A program made the translations under genes and the position numbers. From Candidatus Heimdallarchaeota archaeon (GTDB taxonomy: Archaea; Asgardarchaeota; Heimdallarchaeia; JABLTI01): a stretch of 64,000 bases of DNA. Shown piece by piece: positions 60,731 through 64,000 of the stretch. The notes under the pieces were generated by a model. That model was not told where the DNA came from. It was given only the letters and a program-made list of their open reading frames with translations, and made no database searches. Positions within the stretch are counted from its first letter, which is position 1; each line of letters opens with the position of its first letter. The stretch is taken from NCBI GenBank assembly GCA_018238155.1, contig JABCTZ010000033.1, positions 44,002 to 108,001 on the forward strand. The letters are read 5' to 3'.

Positions 60731-62611
60731 TTACCAACCTACTTTTCGTTTCTGTAATGATTGAGCAAAACCAGCAAGATCCTTCATACTGGGAGCACTT
60801 GTTGCAGCATTCGCTGAATATGTTTCTACTCTGTTTTGTTTTAAAGAGAATAAAAAGCCTTCAAGTTTTAATGCTCCAAGACGATCTGCCAATGTACTTT
60901 CTTTTCCATTTAACAGCTTATCATAGGAACTGTCTAGATTCCTATGTTCTTGCTTAATGACTTTTGCTAAAAGCTTGTAACCTTTGTCTTTTGAAATTTG
61001 CTGTGCTTTTTCAAACAATTTTCTAGCAGCATCTAAATCGGGTTTGAGTAATTCGAGTTTACCTTTGAGTAGGAACGTTTTAGCAAGTAATGAAAAAGCA
61101 TTTTGTTTTTCACCAATTTCTACAAGCTTATTTGTAAGCAAATCTAGTTCATCAAGAATGCTTTCATTGCCCAGTATTTTCAATTCCATAATTAGTAATT
61201 CACACAAATTGAAAATGCCTTCAACGATTCGTTCATAATCTATGACTTCGCCATTGATTATTTCGTTAATTAAATCTTTGGCAGTAACAAATCGTCCTAA
61301 AGTAGAATGTAAAGAAGCAAAAGATAGCTCATCAGAGGTATTTTCTTCTGATTGCAATATAAATGCTTTTGCTAAGCGATAAAGCATTGTCACCTGCTTA
61401 TTTTCTTTCTTTTCAGAAATATCATGAAGCTTTGTAAGATGTTCCTTTGCTTGTTTTATCGAATTAGTTTCTAATAAAATTTTGATAAGCTGATAAATAC
61501 CTTGTGATACATGAATATCATGATTAATCTTTTCTGAATACTCAATACTTTTTTCAGTGAACCTTTTTGCTTTCCCAAAATCCATTTTAGAATAATAAAC
61601 TTCACCTATAGATAAATTCACCAGTCCAAGGTACTGTGCATTATTGTATTCCTCAAATATTTTCTTGCTATCATTTAGGTATTCAAGTGCTGTATCCAAT
61701 TCTCCTTTTCGCTGGAAATAATTTCCTATATGTGAATATGTTTCTCCAATTTGCATTTTACTATCAATTTCTTTGTATGAAACCAAAGCCCTTTGATAGT
61801 ATTCATAAGAAGTATCAAGTTCACCTTTATTAAAGAAAATAATGCCAAGATTTGATAATTGAGTAGCGATATTCCTTTTGTTACCTGTTTTTTCATTTAA
61901 TGTAAGAGCTTCTTGGAAAAATTTAGCCCCTTCATCTAATTCCCCTCTCATTGCGTGGTTTACTCCAAGGTTATTTATTATACTACTTAAAGCAATAACA
62001 CCACCGGATTTTCTCCAATAAGATAAAGTAATTTTGTAATATTTCAATGCTTCTTCTAGATTTCCAGTACCAGTATGACTAATTCCAAAGTGATTATATA
62101 AACTGCCAATTAAGTGATCATTTTCAACTACTTCAACAAATTCTAAAGCTTCAGAGTAAAGCTTGAAGCAAAGCTCATATTCACCACTTTTTTGGGCTAA
62201 ACTCCCTTTTATTATGACAATTCTTATCTGCATTTCAGCTTTTTGTGCAGCATTGAGTTTTGTTTCATTCATTATTGCTTTTTCTATAGACTTAATATTT
62301 TTAGAGCAATCTTTGTATAATCTTGCACAATATTTTTCGTGAGCAAGTAATATTTTTGCGCGATAATAATAAAAAATTAGTCCATCATCGTCTTTACTTA
62401 GTGAAATAATCGAATTAGCAATTATTTTATTCTCTTCATAACGTCCCAGCCAATTATTAATTTGACACAACAACAATAAAAGTTCAATTTTTATTTCAAT
62501 ACTAAAATCAACTGTTTTTAAATTCGATTCAATATGTTCTAGTGCTTTCTTAAGAAGCCCTTCTTTTACAAAATTCTTACTTATTGCTAGTATTTTTTGT
62601 TCTATAATCAA
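60731..62611 (-). CDS. TPR protein, paralog C
   Basis: TPRs; N-half diverged from A and B; C-terminal ~220 aa highly similar. Confidence 0.9.
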   Translation of the reverse strand: MIIEQKILAISKNFVKEGLLKKALEHIESNLKTVDFSIEIKIELLLLLCQINNWLGRYEENKIIANSIISLSKDDDGLIFYYYRAKILLAHEKYCARLYKDCSKNIKSIEKAIMNETKLNAAQKAEMQIRIVIIKGSLAQKSGEYELCFKLYSEALEFVEVVENDHLIGSLYNHFGISHTGTGNLEEALKYYKITLSYWRKSGGVIALSSIINNLGVNHAMRGELDEGAKFFQEALTLNEKTGNKRNIATQLSNLGIIFFNKGELDTSYEYYQRALVSYKEIDSKMQIGETYSHIGNYFQRKGELDTALEYLNDSKKIFEEYNNAQYLGLVNLSIGEVYYSKMDFGKAKRFTEKSIEYSEKINHDIHVSQGIYQLIKILLETNSIKQAKEHLTKLHDISEKKENKQVTMLYRLAKAFILQSEENTSDELSFASLHSTLGRFVTAKDLINEIINGEVIDYERIVEGIFNLCELLIMELKILGNESILDELDLLTNKLVEIGEKQNAFSLLAKTFLLKGKLELLKPDLDAARKLFEKAQQISKDKGYKLLAKVIKQEHRNLDSSYDKLLNGKESTLADRLGALKLEGFLFSLKQNRVETYSANAATSAPSMKDLAGFAQSLQKRKVGW

Positions 62612-62783
62612 TTTTAAACCTCAGATTTTTTTGTCGTAATAACTCCTAATATATATACTCTATTTTCTTATTTAAAACATATTATTGCGGACAAAAATCA
62701 CCAAAAAAACAACTTTATTTTTTTCTATTTTCTTAAATATCATTAAATTGTAATTTTCCTAAAAAAAGAATGGTTGATTTGTT

Positions 62784-64000
62784 TTACCAACCAATTTTAC
62801 GTTTCTGTAGAGATTGAGTAAAACCTGCCAAGTCCTTCATACTAGGAGAATTGGTAGTGGCATTCGCTGAGTAGGTTTCTACCCTATTTTGCTTCATTGA
62901 AAACAGTAATCCTTCAAGTTTTATTGCCCCAAGACGATCTAACATGGTGGTTTCCTTTCCACTTATCAATTCGTCATAGGAACCATCTAAATTCTTTTGA
63001 TCATTTTTAATTATTTTGGCCAATAGTTTGTATCCTTTTTCCTCAGAAATTTGCTCTGCTTTATCGTAGAATTTTCTAGCAGCAGCTAAATCAGGTTTGA
63101 GTAATTCTAATTTACCTTTAAGCAGATATGTTTTTGCAAGTAAAGAGAAAGCATTTTGTGATTCACCGATATCTACAAGCTTATTGGTGAGTAAATCAAG
63201 ATCATCTAAAATATCTTCGTTGCCTAATATCCTTAATTCCATAATTAATAGCTCACATAAATTGAAGACACCTTCAACGATTCGTTCATAATCGATGACT
63301 TCACCATTGATAGTTTCTCTAAGAATATCTTTGGCTGTAACAAATCGTCCCAAAATAGTATGAAGTGAAGCAAATGATAGTTCGTCAGAAGTATTTTCCT
63401 CTGCCTGTAAAATAAACGCTTTTGCCAATCGATAAAGCATTGTTACATGCTTATTTTCTTCTTTTTCAGAAATAGCCTGAAGCTTTGTTTGATATTCCTT
63501 TGCTTGTTTCATCGAGTTAGTTTCTAATGAGATCCTGACGAGTTGATAAACGCCTTGTGATACATTGATATTGTGACCAACCTTCTCAGAATATTCTACA
63601 CTTTTTTCAGTGAACTTTTTAGCTCTATTAAAATCCATTTTTGCGAAATAAACTTCACCAATAGATAAACAAACCATTCCAATAAAAAGTGCATGGTCAT
63701 AATCTTCAAAAATTTTCTTACCATCATTCAGGTATACAAGTGCAGTATCTAGCTCTCCTTTTCGTTGGAAATATTGTCCAATACTCATGTAAACGAGACC
63801 TATTCGCTGTCTATTGTTCACTTCTTTGAATAATGTCAAAGCCCTTTTAAAATATTCATATGAAGTATCCAACTCACCTTTTTGAGAATAAAGAAATCCA
63901 ATATTACCTAATTGATTAGCAATGTTTACTTTATTACCTGTTTTCTCATTCAAAGTAAGAGCTTTAGTATAAAATACTAAACTTTTATTGAGATCTCCTT
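62784..64000 (-). CDS. TPR protein, paralog D (5' end beyond the window)
   Basis: Same conserved C-terminus; frame open to the window edge. Confidence 0.88.
   Translation of the reverse strand, partial: GDLNKSLVFYTKALTLNEKTGNKVNIANQLGNIGFLYSQKGELDTSYEYFKRALTLFKEVNNRQRIGLVYMSIGQYFQRKGELDTALVYLNDGKKIFEDYDHALFIGMVCLSIGEVYFAKMDFNRAKKFTEKSVEYSEKVGHNINVSQGVYQLVRISLETNSMKQAKEYQTKLQAISEKEENKHVTMLYRLAKAFILQAEENTSDELSFASLHTILGRFVTAKDILRETINGEVIDYERIVEGVFNLCELLIMELRILGNEDILDDLDLLTNKLVDIGESQNAFSLLAKTYLLKGKLELLKPDLAAARKFYDKAEQISEEKGYKLLAKIIKNDQKNLDGSYDELISGKETTMLDRLGAIKLEGLLFSMKQNRVETYSANATTNSPSMKDLAGFTQSLQKRKIGW

Noticed and set aside
917-63291. Many short ORF-track entries antisense to or nested within long genes (e.g. 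917, 5105, 32072, 34313, 48634, 53308, 54902, 60984, 63097)
   Set aside because: These are shadow ORFs opposite well-supported genes. Recurrence opposite the TPR paralogs only reflects sense-strand conservation.
19911-64000. TPR paralogs as diversity-generating retroelement targets
   Set aside because: There is no reverse transcriptase or template repeat, the C-terminus is conserved rather than variable, and differences are not adenine-specific.
1-64000. tRNA, rRNA or IS elements
   Set aside because: No GC-rich structured segment, cloverleaf, transposase motif or terminal inverted repeat pair was seen by eye. A tRNAscan or Infernal run would be needed to exclude small RNAs.

Overview
AT-rich archaeal DNA that looks like an Asgard genome, probably Heimdallarchaeia-like. 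This is inferred from an Arf-type GTPase, longin-like domains, LVIVD/FG-GAP/DxDxDG surface proteins, an LRR protein, a PGF-type C-terminal sorting signal and GGTG/GAGG ribosome-binding sites. The 4.3-17.5 kb part is a signalling block: one intact hybrid histidine kinase, a CheY-like receiver, three catalytically degenerate REC/PAS proteins and an Arf GTPase fusion. It is bracketed by a ~200 bp direct repeat. From about 17.7 kb to the end is a mosaic accessory region with toxin-antitoxin modules (HEPN-MNT, PIN, nucleotidyltransferase pairs), four paralogous TPR proteins with a near-invariant C-terminus, surface or receptor proteins, and many decayed gene fragments. The most striking hidden structure is a small PLD-family (HKD) nuclease gene present as 2 intact copies plus at least 10 decayed fragments. 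All are on the minus strand, most are the 3' end, and they sit at the junctions between unrelated cargo genes from 23 to 57 kb. This suggests a recurrent insertion or recombination platform, although no integrase is visible in the window. I found no tRNA, rRNA, CRISPR array, transposase or reverse transcriptase. All alignments were made by eye.
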